Assembly (NCBI GenBank): GCA_018401745.1
Contig: JAGYJY010000020.1
Span: 32,250-96,249 of the forward strand
Length of the DNA: 64,000 nt
From: Pirellulales bacterium
Lineage (GTDB): Bacteria > Planctomycetota > Planctomycetia > Pirellulales > UBA1268
Direction of reading: 5' to 3'
Part shown: positions 29,089 through 38,452 of the stretch, piece by piece
How the letters are laid out: each line of letters starts with the position of its first letter
Position numbering within the stretch: position 1 is the stretch's first letter
Made by a program: the position numbers and the translations under genes
Notes under the pieces: generated by a model
The model's input: only the letters and a program-made list of their open reading frames with translations
Told to the model about the DNA's origin: nothing
The model's database searches: none

Positions 29089-31305
29089 TTGGCCCGCTCG
29101 CCGGCCACATGCTGCCTGCCTCATGCCTTCTTCCCCTCGGTTTCACTCGTCATCCCGGTCCGCAACGAGGCCGGCAACATCGCGCCGCTGATCGATGAAA
29201 TCCGCACCTCGCTCGACGCCGCTGGCGAGTCGTGGGAAGTAACGGTGGTCGACGACGGTTCGACAGACAGTTCCTGGGACGAGATCACCGCGGGGTGCGA
29301 GGCCGATCCTCGTGTCCACGGCATCCGGCTCGACATCGGCCAGGGGAAATCGGCCGCTCTCGCTGCGGGCTTCGCCGCGAGCACCGCGCCGCGGATCGTG
29401 ATGCTTGATGGCGACGGCCAAGACGATCCGGCCGAGATCCCCGCCATGCTGGCGATGCTCGATGCGGGCACCGATCTCGTCAACGGTTGGAAGTCGCCCC
29501 GCCGCGACCCGATCCACAAGACGCTCCCGTCGAAGGTGTTCAACATGCTCGTGGGCCTGATGACCGGGCTCTGGCTGCATGACCACAACTGCGGGCTGAA
29601 GGCCTTCCGCCGCAGCGTGCTCGACGCCCTGCCGCTGACCGGCGACATGCACCGCTTCATCACCGTGCTCGCGGCGTCGCGTGGCTATCGCGTCGCCGAG
29701 AAAACCGTCCACCATCGCCCCCGCGGCCACGGACGCACGAAGTATGGGGCCTCGCGGTTTGTCACAGGCCTGATCGACCTTGTGCAGGTCGCCCGCCGCA
29801 TCCGCTCGATCACCGCTGCGGCCAAGGAGGCCGAGGATCCAGCCGCCGTGCTCAGGCGGCGGGTCGGCCTGCTGCTGACGATCGTCGTGTGCGGCATGGC
29901 CGCAGGCCGCATCGGCTCCGTGGCCAGCATCGACCGGACCGCGCTCGAGAAGCGGATCGTCTCCGACACCGTCAAACGCCGCCAAGCGGAAGGAAAAGAG
30001 GTCGACGAACAGGCCGTCCGCCAGGAGATTCGCCGCGACAAGGGTCTGATGCGGCCCTTCCTGTCCGCCAACGACCGCAGCCGCTGGCTGACCATCCGCA
30101 GCCTGGTGGAACGGGGAAGCTTCACGATCGAAGACCTCGTGGCCGAACCTGGCTGGGACACGATCGATGCGGTGGTCCACGAGGGCACCGACGGAGTGCC
30201 GCACCTCTACTCCAGCAAGCCACCGCTGCTGCCGGTGCTGCTGGCTGGCCCCTACTGGGTGGCCACAAAACTCACCGGCTGGACTCTGGCCGACCATCCC
30301 TTCGAACTCGGCCGCGGCCTGATGCTGATCTACGGCATCCTCCCGCTGGCGGTGACGATCCTCTTCACGCACGGCCTCGTGGAGCGAGTCGGCCGCACCG
30401 ACTGGGGAAGGTTCTACGGGATGATCCTGATCTGCTTTGGCACCTTCCTCACGACCTTCTCCGTCGTGCTCACCAATCACCTGCCAGCAGCTGCCTGCGT
30501 GGCGGCGAGTGCCTGGGGCTGCTGGCGGATCTGCATCGACGGCGAACGAGGCCGCTGGCTGATCGCCGGCACCGCCTTGGCCGCTGCCCTCGCCGCCAGC
30601 TTCGACCTGCCGGCGCTCGCTTGGACTGCGTTTGTGGCTGGAGCGCTGGTGTGGTGCGATCCACGACGCAGCCTGCTGGCTGGAACGCCGGCGATGCTGC
30701 TGGTGGCTGCCGCGGCGGTGGGTGCCAACTACGCAGCGCACGGCACGATCGAACCTGCCTACGCCCATCGGCGTGGAGAGGAGAGCTGGTACGACTACCG
30801 CTTTGAGCTGCCAAACGGTCGCGTGATCGAGAGCTACTGGCGATCGCCGTCAGGGGTCGACAAGGGGGAGCCGTCTCTGCCCCGCTACACGTGGCACTCA
30901 CTGCTGGGCCACCACGGCATCTTCTCGCTGACGCCAGCTTGGTTGCTTGTGCCGTGCGGCCTGGCCGTTGTTGCTTTCCGTCAGCCCCGGGGCCAGCGAC
31001 GTGCCGCCTTCGCCGTGGCCGCGATCTCGCTCACCGTCATGGCCTTCTATCTCACCCGGTCTCCCGAAGACCGCAACTACGGGGGCGTGTGCAGCGGCTT
31101 TCGTTGGGTGTTTTGGCTCACGCCGCTCTGGGTGGCGGCCGTTGTGCCCGCAGCCGACGCCGTCAGCCGCAGCCGCAGCGGGCGGGCCCTGGCCGCGAGC
31201 CTGCTCGGCTTCTCTGCCCTCTCAGTCGCCTACCCCACCTGGAATCCGTGGATTCATCCCTGGATCTTCGAGTGGATGAGCTACGCCGGTTGGGTTTCGC
31301 TCTAA
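29089..31305 (+). CDS. family-2 glycosyltransferase (polyprenol-phosphate sugar transferase-like) fused to a large polytopic membrane domain
   Basis: The N-terminal ~230 aa carry 'LVIPVRNEAGNI', 'VVDDGSTDSS' and 'LDGDGQDDP', typical of DPM1/ArnC-like GT2 enzymes. The C-terminal ~450 aa have many hydrophobic helices, reminiscent of ArnT/PMT-type GT-C domains; that part is not verified. Confidence 0.7.
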   Translation: MARSPATCCLPHAFFPSVSLVIPVRNEAGNIAPLIDEIRTSLDAAGESWEVTVVDDGSTDSSWDEITAGCEADPRVHGIRLDIGQGKSAALAAGFAASTAPRIVMLDGDGQDDPAEIPAMLAMLDAGTDLVNGWKSPRRDPIHKTLPSKVFNMLVGLMTGLWLHDHNCGLKAFRRSVLDALPLTGDMHRFITVLAASRGYRVAEKTVHHRPRGHGRTKYGASRFVTGLIDLVQVARRIRSITAAAKEAEDPAAVLRRRVGLLLTIVVCGMAAGRIGSVASIDRTALEKRIVSDTVKRRQAEGKEVDEQAVRQEIRRDKGLMRPFLSANDRSRWLTIRSLVERGSFTIEDLVAEPGWDTIDAVVHEGTDGVPHLYSSKPPLLPVLLAGPYWVATKLTGWTLADHPFELGRGLMLIYGILPLAVTILFTHGLVERVGRTDWGRFYGMILICFGTFLTTFSVVLTNHLPAAACVAASAWGCWRICIDGERGRWLIAGTALAAALAASFDLPALAWTAFVAGALVWCDPRRSLLAGTPAMLLVAAAAVGANYAAHGTIEPAYAHRRGEESWYDYRFELPNGRVIESYWRSPSGVDKGEPSLPRYTWHSLLGHHGIFSLTPAWLLVPCGLAVVAFRQPRGQRRAAFAVAAISLTVMAFYLTRSPEDRNYGGVCSGFRWVFWLTPLWVAAVVPAADAVSRSRSGRALAASLLGFSALSVAYPTWNPWIHPWIFEWMSYAGWVSL

Positions 31306-32034
31306 AGCCTTGGCCCACCATGGCCATGCTTCCACCCGGCGGCGCACCTGGGAGCCTGGCGTGTTGGGCTCTCCTGGATCGACAAACTCGATCGAGATCG
31401 CCGCCAACGCGATTTCCTCCTGACGCGGATCGGCAGCGAAAACGCTCCCCGTGAGCGGCCGCCTGCTTCCGTAGAGGCGATCTCCCACGATCGGCATCCC
31501 TCGGCAGGCAGCCTGAATCCGCAGCTGATGCATGCGGCCGGTGAGCGGCTCGAGTTGCAGGGTCACCGCGGCCTGATGTCGGCCCACCGCCGCCACCTGC
31601 GTGCGAGCCTCCTTGGCAGCAGGATCCCCAGCCGAGGCGATCCAGCCACGCGGCTCATCCGCCAGCTTGGCGACAAGATCCACCCACACCTCACCCGGCT
31701 TGGGCAGGATCCCCGACCCCGGCGGCTCCACCAGCGCGAGATACCGCTTGCGAATCTGCTGCCGCTCAAACTGCCGCGACAGCTTTCGTGCGGCCCGGCG
31801 GGTTGTGGCAAACAGCATCACGCCCGACACGCACCGATCGAGCCGGTGGGGAACGCCAAGATACTCTCCCTCGCCGCGGGCTTTGAGCATCTTCCGCACT
31901 CGCAACTCCATCGAATCGATACCGGCAACAGCCTGCGTGGCGAGCCCAGCAGGCTTCTGAACCGCAACGACGCCACACGCTTCGTGCAGCACGAGCACAT
32001 CAGGCTCCATCGCCGGAAGAGGTTGTTCAGGCAT
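31222..32034 (-). CDS. RluA-family pseudouridine synthase
   Basis: Catalytic motif 'GVPHRLDRCVSGVMLF' plus 'TGRMHQLRIQAA'. Its 3' end overlaps the convergent glycosyltransferase gene by 84 nt. Confidence 0.8.
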   Translation of the reverse strand: MPEQPLPAMEPDVLVLHEACGVVAVQKPAGLATQAVAGIDSMELRVRKMLKARGEGEYLGVPHRLDRCVSGVMLFATTRRAARKLSRQFERQQIRKRYLALVEPPGSGILPKPGEVWVDLVAKLADEPRGWIASAGDPAAKEARTQVAAVGRHQAAVTLQLEPLTGRMHQLRIQAACRGMPIVGDRLYGSRRPLTGSVFAADPRQEEIALAAISIEFVDPGEPNTPGSQVRRRVEAWPWWAKALERNPTGVAHPLEDPGMNPRIPGGVGD

Positions 32035-32051
32035 GCCTCGCCTCGCACTAC

Positions 32052-32086
32052 AAAATGGCCCGCAGCAACACTGCTGCGGGCCATTT
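32052..32086 (-). terminator. rho-independent terminator-like hairpin downstream of the small basic protein gene
   Basis: Perfect inverted repeat ggcccgcagca / tgctgcgggcc (32057-32067 / 32072-32082) with a 4-nt loop. On the minus strand it is followed by ATTTTG, and A/T runs flank both sides. Confidence 0.7.
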
Positions 32087-32117
32087 CGCGATGCTGTTAT
32101 CCAGCCGCATTCCCAGC

Positions 32118-32507
32118 TTACGACTCAATCCGCTTCAGCGCGGCGAGGGCCTCAAGCGCGCGGTCGGTGCCGCCAAGCTGCTGTGCAACCTTCTTCGCCG
32201 CGAGGACATCCTCGATGGTCACACTGCCATGGCGAGCAGCGACGACCGGCGGCTGCTTGGCCGCAGCAGGCTTACGACCGACAGCTGCTGATTTCTGGCC
32301 CCGTGTCGGGCGAAAGCCCATATTCTTGAGCACGATGCTCACCTGCGGGGAGGAGACGGTGATACCACGCTTCTGAAGCGCTGCAATGATGGCAACAGGA
32401 CGGGGCTTTTCACCCTTCAGCCTCATCTCACCAGCAATGGTGCGGATTTCTTCAGACTTATTCACTCCGGCTTTCTTGGCTTCAGCCATGCTATGAATCA
32501 ACTCCAT
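32118..32507 (-). CDS. small basic protein, possible DNA-binding/nucleoid-associated protein (hypothetical)
   Basis: 129-aa Lys/Ala-rich ORF ('AEAKKAGVNKSEEIRTIAGEMRLKGEKPRP', 'GRKPAAAKQPP'). It is monocistronic, with a strong terminator and an unusually AT-richer ~400 nt upstream region. An alternative start is at 32489. Confidence 0.6.
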   Translation of the reverse strand: MELIHSMAEAKKAGVNKSEEIRTIAGEMRLKGEKPRPVAIIAALQKRGITVSSPQVSIVLKNMGFRPTRGQKSAAVGRKPAAAKQPPVVAARHGSVTIEDVLAAKKVAQQLGGTDRALEALAALKRIES

Positions 32508-32757
32508 AAACGGGGGGCGGGGAAATGTAGCAGTGGTATCAACGAGGTTACCTACGAAGAAACGATAGCATCATTTCTGTGCGTAAACCACACACTACAA
32601 AAACATGACCTCTCCACACCGCCCCAATGAGGGACATCCCACCCTTGGTAGCGCCTTTCTTGCGAGTGACTTTGTTTGACGAAAAACACGTCGCGACGCC
32701 CCGCCACCGCAGGTAGCGAAAACAAAACAAGGGCACGAAGGCAGCATGCAGCATGTG

Positions 32758-32778
32758 GCAGCAGCAGCAGCAGCAGCA
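32758..32778. repeat. (GCA)7 trinucleotide microsatellite
   Basis: Seven perfect gca units, read directly, in the intergenic region between tRNA-Lys and the small basic protein gene. Confidence 0.9.
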
Positions 32779-32927
32779 CGCGTCCTGACAGACGGCATGC
32801 GATGCAGCCCACCCCACACAGCAGGGCCGCACACCAGCCACGCAACCGGCCGACTCAAAAGCCGGCCCCGCGGACAACGGACAATGAGAGTTCTCGCAGC
32901 AGAGGGCCGCAGCAGAAAGAAAAAAAA

Positions 32928-33001
32928 TGCCCCGTCTAGGAATCGAACCTAGAACCCTCTGATTAAGAGTCAGATGCTCTAACCAATTGAGCTAACGGGG
33001 C
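32928..33001 (-). tRNA. tRNA-Lys (anticodon CUU)
   Basis: The minus strand reads GCCCCGT-TA-GCTC-AATTGGTTA-GAGC-A-TCTGA-CTCTTAA-TCAGA-GGGTT-CTAGG-TTCGATT-CCTAG-ACGGGGC-A. This is a full cloverleaf of 74 nt with no encoded CCA. An A8/T8 run immediately follows the 3' end. Confidence 0.95.
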
Positions 33002-33171
33002 GGAGAAGAGAACATAACGCCCAGCCGCCGTCGCGGCAAGGGCGTGCTGCTGCAGGCCCGCATGGCAGGCCCGCACCCCATCTTGCAAAGGCCCGCGTTG
33101 AGGCATTTGCCGCCAACGGCTACATTTCCGCTCTTGATGGTGCCACACGTTTCAGGGAGGAGCAAAAACTC

Positions 33172-34002
33172 ATGGGAAGATTTGACGGCATGCGGGGCGT
33201 CGTGCTGGGCGTCGCCAACGATCACTCCATTGCCTGGTCGATCGCCAAGGAGGTGCTCGCCGAAGGGGGCGAGATAGGGTTTAGCCACCTGCCTGACCGT
33301 CCGGACGATGAGCGGCAGCGGAATCGCCGTCGCGTGGCCATGCTGACCGATGAGGAGCCCAACGCCCGCTTCCTGATGCCGATGGATGCCGGCAACGATG
33401 AGCAGATCGCTGCGATCATGCAAAAAGCAGGCGAGGAGTTTGGCACGATCGACTTCCTCGTGCATTCGATTGCCTTCTGCCCGATGGACGATCTCAAGGG
33501 TGAAACCGTCGAGACCAGCCGCGAGGGCTTCCGCATCGCCATGGAGACGAGCGTCTACAGCCTGCTGGCAGTCACCCGACACGCCCGCGGCATTCTCGCT
33601 GACAATGCCTCCGTGCTCACACTCACCTACTTTGGCGGTGAGAAGGCGGTGCCGGGCTACAACATCATGGGTGTCTGCAAGGCAGCCCTTGATGCCAGCG
33701 TGCGGTATATGGCCTACGAACTCGGACCGAAGGGTGTGCGTGTCAACGCGGTCAGTGCGGGCCCTCTGCGAACGCTCGCAGGCCGTGGAGCCGGCGTTGA
33801 GGAAATGCTCACCTTCTACGAACGGGTGGCCCCCCTGGGCCGCAATGTGACCCACGAGGAGGTTGGCAAAAGCGGTGCCTGGTTGCTCTCGAAGGAATCG
33901 ACGGGCATCACCGGCGAAATCCTGCATGTCGATGCTGGCTACAACATCATGGGTTCACCCGGCCGGCTGCTCGACTCCATCCGTGACGCGGTCTCCCCGT
34001 GA
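33172..34002 (+). CDS. fabI: enoyl-[acyl-carrier-protein] reductase (NADH), FabI
   Basis: 'GVVLGVANDHSIAWSIA' N-terminus, 'YNIMGVCKAALDASVRYMA' (the Y-x6-K region), and 'GEILHVDAGYNIMG' C-terminus. Confidence 0.9.
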   Translation: MGRFDGMRGVVLGVANDHSIAWSIAKEVLAEGGEIGFSHLPDRPDDERQRNRRRVAMLTDEEPNARFLMPMDAGNDEQIAAIMQKAGEEFGTIDFLVHSIAFCPMDDLKGETVETSREGFRIAMETSVYSLLAVTRHARGILADNASVLTLTYFGGEKAVPGYNIMGVCKAALDASVRYMAYELGPKGVRVNAVSAGPLRTLAGRGAGVEEMLTFYERVAPLGRNVTHEEVGKSGAWLLSKESTGITGEILHVDAGYNIMGSPGRLLDSIRDAVSP

Positions 34003-34445
34003 CCGCCGACCGCCCAATCGGTGTGGCTGTAGCGGTGGTCAGCCGCTGCAGCCCCGCCGGGCAGCGGGAGTTTCTCGTGGGGCGACGGGCGGTAGATGCC
34101 GTTGACGGTCCCGGTTTAGACGAGTTTCCCGGTGGAAAAATTGAACTGGGGGAAACGCCCGCCGAAGCTGCCGCGAGGGAGTGCTGGGAAGAGGCTGGCC
34201 TCCGCGTGAGCGTCGGGGATGTTCTTGACCGTGCCGAAGGGGCCTGCAAAGCCGGCCCGATCGAGGTCTGGTTTCTGGCCGCGTCGCCAGTGGACGACCA
34301 GAGCCCAGCCCCGCCCTTCGCATGGCTGACAGCCGATACGCTCGCTGGTCTCAACTTCCCTGCCACCAACCGTGCGGTGCTCGCCACACTGCACGAGGCG
34401 CACCAACGCGGCACTGGCAGTAACGCGGATCAGGGTGGATCGTAG
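33999..34445 (+). CDS. Nudix hydrolase, MutT-like (8-oxo-dGTP diphosphatase family)
   Basis: Canonical Nudix box '[24 protein letters not shown]'. Overlaps fabI by 4 nt. Confidence 0.8.
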   Translation: MTADRPIGVAVAVVSRCSPAGQREFLVGRRAVDAVDGPGLDEFPGGKIELGETPAEAAARECWEEAGLRVSVGDVLDRAEGACKAGPIEVWFLAASPVDDQSPAPPFAWLTADTLAGLNFPATNRAVLATLHEAHQRGTGSNADQGGS

Positions 34446-34681
34446 CCACCAGGATGCCAAGGGTGGCAGCGGGCGATGCGACGGACGGCCTTCCAGCAAC
34501 CGCGGACCACGCCATAGCGGCGGATCGCTTGAATGCAGTAGTGGCTGCAGGTCGGCTGAAAGCGACATCGCTGCCCGAGCAGCGGGCTGATCCCCAGCTG
34601 ATAGGCCCGCACCGCGGCGATCAGAACCGCCGCCGTCACCTGCTCCAGCAGTTTCCCGAGCGGCTTCAGCCCGTCGTTCAC
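34430..34681 (-). CDS. yidD: membrane protein insertion efficiency factor YidD
   Basis: 83 aa with the signature '[32 protein letters not shown]'. Overlaps rnpA by 4 nt. Confidence 0.9.
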   Translation of the reverse strand: MNDGLKPLGKLLEQVTAAVLIAAVRAYQLGISPLLGQRCRFQPTCSHYCIQAIRRYGVVRGCWKAVRRIARCHPWHPGGYDPP

Positions 34682-35097
34682 CTCGACTCCCTCCGCCGCC
34701 CGTGGGGCGAACGGGGTCGCCGCCGCGATTGGAAAGCCGCCTGCTCGCCCAGAACCCGCAGCGCAGCCTGCAGTTCGGCCACCTCCGGTGGCACACGGCC
34801 GCGGACGACGACCACAAAGTCGTAGCCCGCAGGCAGCTCGTGCTGGCTGAGCCTGAAGGCCTCACGAAGGCGACGCTTCCAGCGATTCCGCTCGACCGCC
34901 GAGCCAACCCGACGCGACACGGAGAGCCCCAGCCGCACCGCCGGCACCCCAGCTCGCGGCGGCTCCTCTGCCGGCCGTGCCGCCGCATGCACGACCACAC
35001 TGCCATTGCCGGCGGTCTTTCGCGCCGCAAAGACCCGCGAGAACGCCCTCTGCCCAGAGAGCCGCATCGCGGCGGAAAAGCGAAACAGCAGAGGCAT
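34678..35097 (-). CDS. rnpA: ribonuclease P protein component
   Basis: '[12 protein letters not shown]', '[26 protein letters not shown]' (RNR motif region). Start placed at MPLLFRF. Followed by yidD, as in many bacteria. Confidence 0.85.
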   Translation of the reverse strand: MPLLFRFSAAMRLSGQRAFSRVFAARKTAGNGSVVVHAAARPAEEPPRAGVPAVRLGLSVSRRVGSAVERNRWKRRLREAFRLSQHELPAGYDFVVVVRGRVPPEVAELQAALRVLGEQAAFQSRRRPRSPHGRRRESR

Positions 35098-35123
35098 CGC
35101 TGGGTGTCCGTGCGGCTGCAGAC

Positions 35124-36068
35124 CTACCACCGTAGGCCCGCGCGTGGATCCGGCTGTGTCGTGGCGGCAATCGCCGATGTCAACGAGGAATCGATGTCAG
35201 GCGGCAGCATGATCAGCACCTCAGCAATCAGGTCGCCCGAGACGCCGTTGGCGTTTCTGACCCCCATGCCCTGGGCCCGCAGCTTTCGACCGCTCGACGT
35301 CATCGGGGGGATCTTCAGCGCGATCGTGCCCCATGGTGTGGGCACATCCACCTTCGCCCCCTGCACTGCCTCCACCAAAGTCACGGGCAGTTTGCACTCC
35401 AGCGTGTCGCGATCTCGACGAAAGAGGGCATGAGGCTCCACGTGCACCTGCAGCAAGAGATCTCCCGCCGGACCACCGCCCCGCCCTGGCGTGCCCTGAC
35501 CGCGGAGACGCATCCGGGAGCCATCGGGCAGCCCCTGGGGAATCTTCACCGAGATCGTTTCGCTCCGACCGTCTCGCTCCACCCGCACGTCGGTGGGGCC
35601 ACCCTCGATTGCCAAGCGAAAGGGCACCGAGATGGAAGCCGCGATATCCTCTCCAGCCGCCGCGGCAGGACGCCGTCGGCTACGGGTACGGCGGCCGCCG
35701 CCGCCGCCACCACCGCCACCGAAGATTTCCGCGAAGCCACCCGATCCAAACAGGCTCTCCAGGTCGATTTCCTGTCCTCCTCCGTGGGCTTGCCCACCGC
35801 CAGGAAATGGTCCGCCTGCCCAGCCGGATCCGCCACCAGGAGCAAAGCCTTCAAACGAACTGCCATAGCGGTCGTACATCTCCCGCTTGGAGGCGTCGTT
35901 GAGCGTGTCGAAGGCGGTCTGCACCTTCTTGAACTTGTCTTTGGCCGACTCGTCGTCGGGATGGAGATCCGGGTGGTACTTGCGTGCCAGTTCCCGGTAG
36001 GCCTTGCGAATGTCCTCAGCCGATGCCGTCCGCGGCACCCCGAGCGTCTCGTAGTAATCCTCCGACAT
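35124..36068 (-). CDS. J-domain co-chaperone, CbpA/DnaJ class II-like (no zinc-finger domain)
   Basis: J domain '[32 protein letters not shown]', a Gly-rich linker, and DnaJ C-terminal beta domains. No CxxCxGxG repeats are present. Confidence 0.85.
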   Translation of the reverse strand: MSEDYYETLGVPRTASAEDIRKAYRELARKYHPDLHPDDESAKDKFKKVQTAFDTLNDASKREMYDRYGSSFEGFAPGGGSGWAGGPFPGGGQAHGGGQEIDLESLFGSGGFAEIFGGGGGGGGGRRTRSRRRPAAAAGEDIAASISVPFRLAIEGGPTDVRVERDGRSETISVKIPQGLPDGSRMRLRGQGTPGRGGGPAGDLLLQVHVEPHALFRRDRDTLECKLPVTLVEAVQGAKVDVPTPWGTIALKIPPMTSSGRKLRAQGMGVRNANGVSGDLIAEVLIMLPPDIDSSLTSAIAATTQPDPRAGLRW

Positions 36069-36193
36069 GTACGCCGCCGTCTCTCACCTAGACATGGGAG
36101 CTCCCTCTCAACCCGACCCGCATGGCCGCCGCCGGGCTCCCGAGCCCGCTATCTTAAAGCAAATCGAGGCGTACAGAAGCAGGAGCCTCCCGC

Positions 36194-38344
36194 CTACGGC
36201 TGCGATGCCGGCTGACCTTCAGGACTGGCCGCTGCCGAGGCCGCACGGGTCTCCAGAAAGTGCTGCTGGCTGCGGAAGGGGGCGACACCAGGCTCAGGAT
36301 GCAGGAGATGGTAGACACCCTCGGAATCGAGCAAGCGAGCCCGCACGTTGTCGGCCAGGTAGCAGGGCAGGATTTCCTCGAGGATCCTTCGGCGGGGCTC
36401 CTCTGCCTCGACGGGAAACATCACCTCCACCCGTCGCACGAAGTTGCGGGGCATCCAATCGGCGCTGGCGAGAAACACGCGAGCCTCGTCGCCCTCTCCA
36501 AACACGAAGATCCGGCTGTGCTCGAGGAAGCGGTCGACGATGCTTCGCACGCGGATGGTCTCGCTGAGCCCTGGCACGCCGGGCCTTAAGCAGCAGATGC
36601 CGCGCGAGACAATGTCGATCGGCACACCGGCTTGGCTCGCGCGATAAAGGGCCTCGATCACCCGATGATCCACCAGCGAGTTGAGTTTGGCGAAGATCCG
36701 CGACGGAGCACCCTGCCGGGCACGTTCGGTCTGCTCTTCGATCAGTTCGATCGTCCGACTATGCAGGTGGGTGGGGGCGACGACCAGCTTTTTCCACTCA
36801 TGCCCTTGTGAATAGCCGGTCAGGAGGTTGAACAGCGCTGAGGCGTCGTCGGCGATCTGTTCGTTGGCAGTAAAGAGGCCCACGTCGGTATAGAGCAGCG
36901 CCGTCGTCGGGTTGTAGTTCCCAGTTCCCAGATGCACATACCGCTTGAGTGTCTGCCCCTCCTGCCGCACCACCAGCGACACTTTGCAGTGTGTCTTCAG
37001 GTCGAGAAAGCCAAACACGACATGCACACCGGCCCGCTCAAGCTGCCGGGCCCAGCTGACGTTGTTGGCCTCATCAAAGCGAGCCTTCAGCTCCACCAGC
37101 GCCGTCACATGCTTGCCCGCCTCGGCGGCCGTCATCAACGCCCGCGAGATCGGTGAATCGCCGCTGGTGCGATAGAGCGTTTGCTTGATCGCCAGCACCT
37201 GGGGATCGTTGGCGGCCTTGGTGACAAACTCCACCACGGGATCAAACGACTCGTAGGGATGGTGCAGCAGGATGTCGCGCTGGCTGATGGAGCGATAGAG
37301 ATCCTCCCCCCGCCGCCGCAGGCCACGCGGCACAGCCGGCGTGAAAGGGCGGTCGTGGAAATCTTCAAAGCCCGGCAGCTTGTGCAGCTCCCAGAGGGCT
37401 GTGAGATCGAGCGGGCCGGGAATCCGGTAGACCTCGCTGTAGGCATCGTCCGCGTGCAGCTCTTCGTCGTCGATGATCGCCTGCTCGACATGCGGATCGG
37501 CACCGGCAGCGATTTCCAGCCGCACCGCCTGGCCCCGTGCCCTCGCCTTGAGTCGCTCTTCGATCAGCTTGAGCATGTCGTCCGACTCCTGCTCGAGCAG
37601 CTCCAGGTCGCTATCTCGCGTCACGCGGAACGTCGTCCAGGTCAACACGTCGAAGCCGCCAAAGAGCACCGGCAGCCGCGCGGCCACGACATCCTCCAGC
37701 AGCACAAAGCTCCGTCGCTGCGAGCGCGTCGAGCCTACCGGCACAAACCGCGGCAGCACCTGCGGCACCTGAACGACAGCAAGCATCCGCTTGGGGCCAA
37801 GCCCTTCGCGGTGTTCGAGCATCGCTGCGATATACAGTCCTCGGTTGTGATACCTCGGCGATGGATGGGCCGGGTCGATCGCCATCGGGGTGAGGATCGG
37901 CAGGGCGCGATCATGAAAGAAGACATCGAGCTCGGCCTGGCTGGCAGCGTCGACCGCATCCGACGAGAGGATTTCGATTCCCTGCTCGGTCAGGGCTGGC
38001 CGCAGAATCTCTTGCAGACATCGATACTGCCGGGCCACGAGTTCCTGCGTGCGTCCGGAAACCTGCACGAGCTGCTCGATCGGCCGCAGGCCGTCGGCAG
38101 TGAAATCCTGCGGGGCGCTCTCGCCGAAGGCCTGCTCCCGCACGCCCGACACCCGCACCATGAAAAACTCGTCGAGATTCGAACTGAAGATCGCCAGAAA
38201 CTTCAGCCGCTCAAGCAGCGGATTTTCAGGATTTTCCGCCTCCTCCAGCACCCGTAGGTTGAACTCCAGCCAGCTGAGTTCGCGATTGATAAAGGCCTCG
38301 GGGCCAAACGCTGGAGCGGTCGCAGCCACCGACGCTGATTCCAT
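36194..38344 (-). CDS. ppk: polyphosphate kinase 1
   Basis: 716 aa. 'FINRELSWLEFNLRVLEEA', 'FLAIFSSNLDEFFMVRV' and PLD-like 'HCKVSLVVR' motifs. Confidence 0.92.
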   Translation of the reverse strand: MESASVAATAPAFGPEAFINRELSWLEFNLRVLEEAENPENPLLERLKFLAIFSSNLDEFFMVRVSGVREQAFGESAPQDFTADGLRPIEQLVQVSGRTQELVARQYRCLQEILRPALTEQGIEILSSDAVDAASQAELDVFFHDRALPILTPMAIDPAHPSPRYHNRGLYIAAMLEHREGLGPKRMLAVVQVPQVLPRFVPVGSTRSQRRSFVLLEDVVAARLPVLFGGFDVLTWTTFRVTRDSDLELLEQESDDMLKLIEERLKARARGQAVRLEIAAGADPHVEQAIIDDEELHADDAYSEVYRIPGPLDLTALWELHKLPGFEDFHDRPFTPAVPRGLRRRGEDLYRSISQRDILLHHPYESFDPVVEFVTKAANDPQVLAIKQTLYRTSGDSPISRALMTAAEAGKHVTALVELKARFDEANNVSWARQLERAGVHVVFGFLDLKTHCKVSLVVRQEGQTLKRYVHLGTGNYNPTTALLYTDVGLFTANEQIADDASALFNLLTGYSQGHEWKKLVVAPTHLHSRTIELIEEQTERARQGAPSRIFAKLNSLVDHRVIEALYRASQAGVPIDIVSRGICCLRPGVPGLSETIRVRSIVDRFLEHSRIFVFGEGDEARVFLASADWMPRNFVRRVEVMFPVEAEEPRRRILEEILPCYLADNVRARLLDSEGVYHLLHPEPGVAPFRSQQHFLETRAASAAASPEGQPASQP

Positions 38345-38452
38345 CGCGAGAACTCCTCATCTGTAAAACGTGAGACCGATAAAAAGAACGACGCCGAAGA
38401 GAACCATGCCAAGCGGCTACAGTCTATCGAGCACCTGGCAGCGAAACAGGCG

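Noticed and set aside
29143-30768. 541-aa minus-strand ORF inside the glycosyltransferase fusion gene. The same class includes 51032..52321, 52318..53592, 37181..38257, 41790..42830, 45591..46415, 6215..7378 and 6952..8166.
   Set aside because: All are antisense to genes with recognisable family motifs and show the typical out-of-frame GC-rich amino-acid composition.
32928-33001. tRNA-Lys as a possible integration site for a genomic island
   Set aside because: There is no integrase, no direct repeat of the tRNA 3' end nearby, and the flanking genes (fabI, the small basic protein) are ordinary chromosomal genes.
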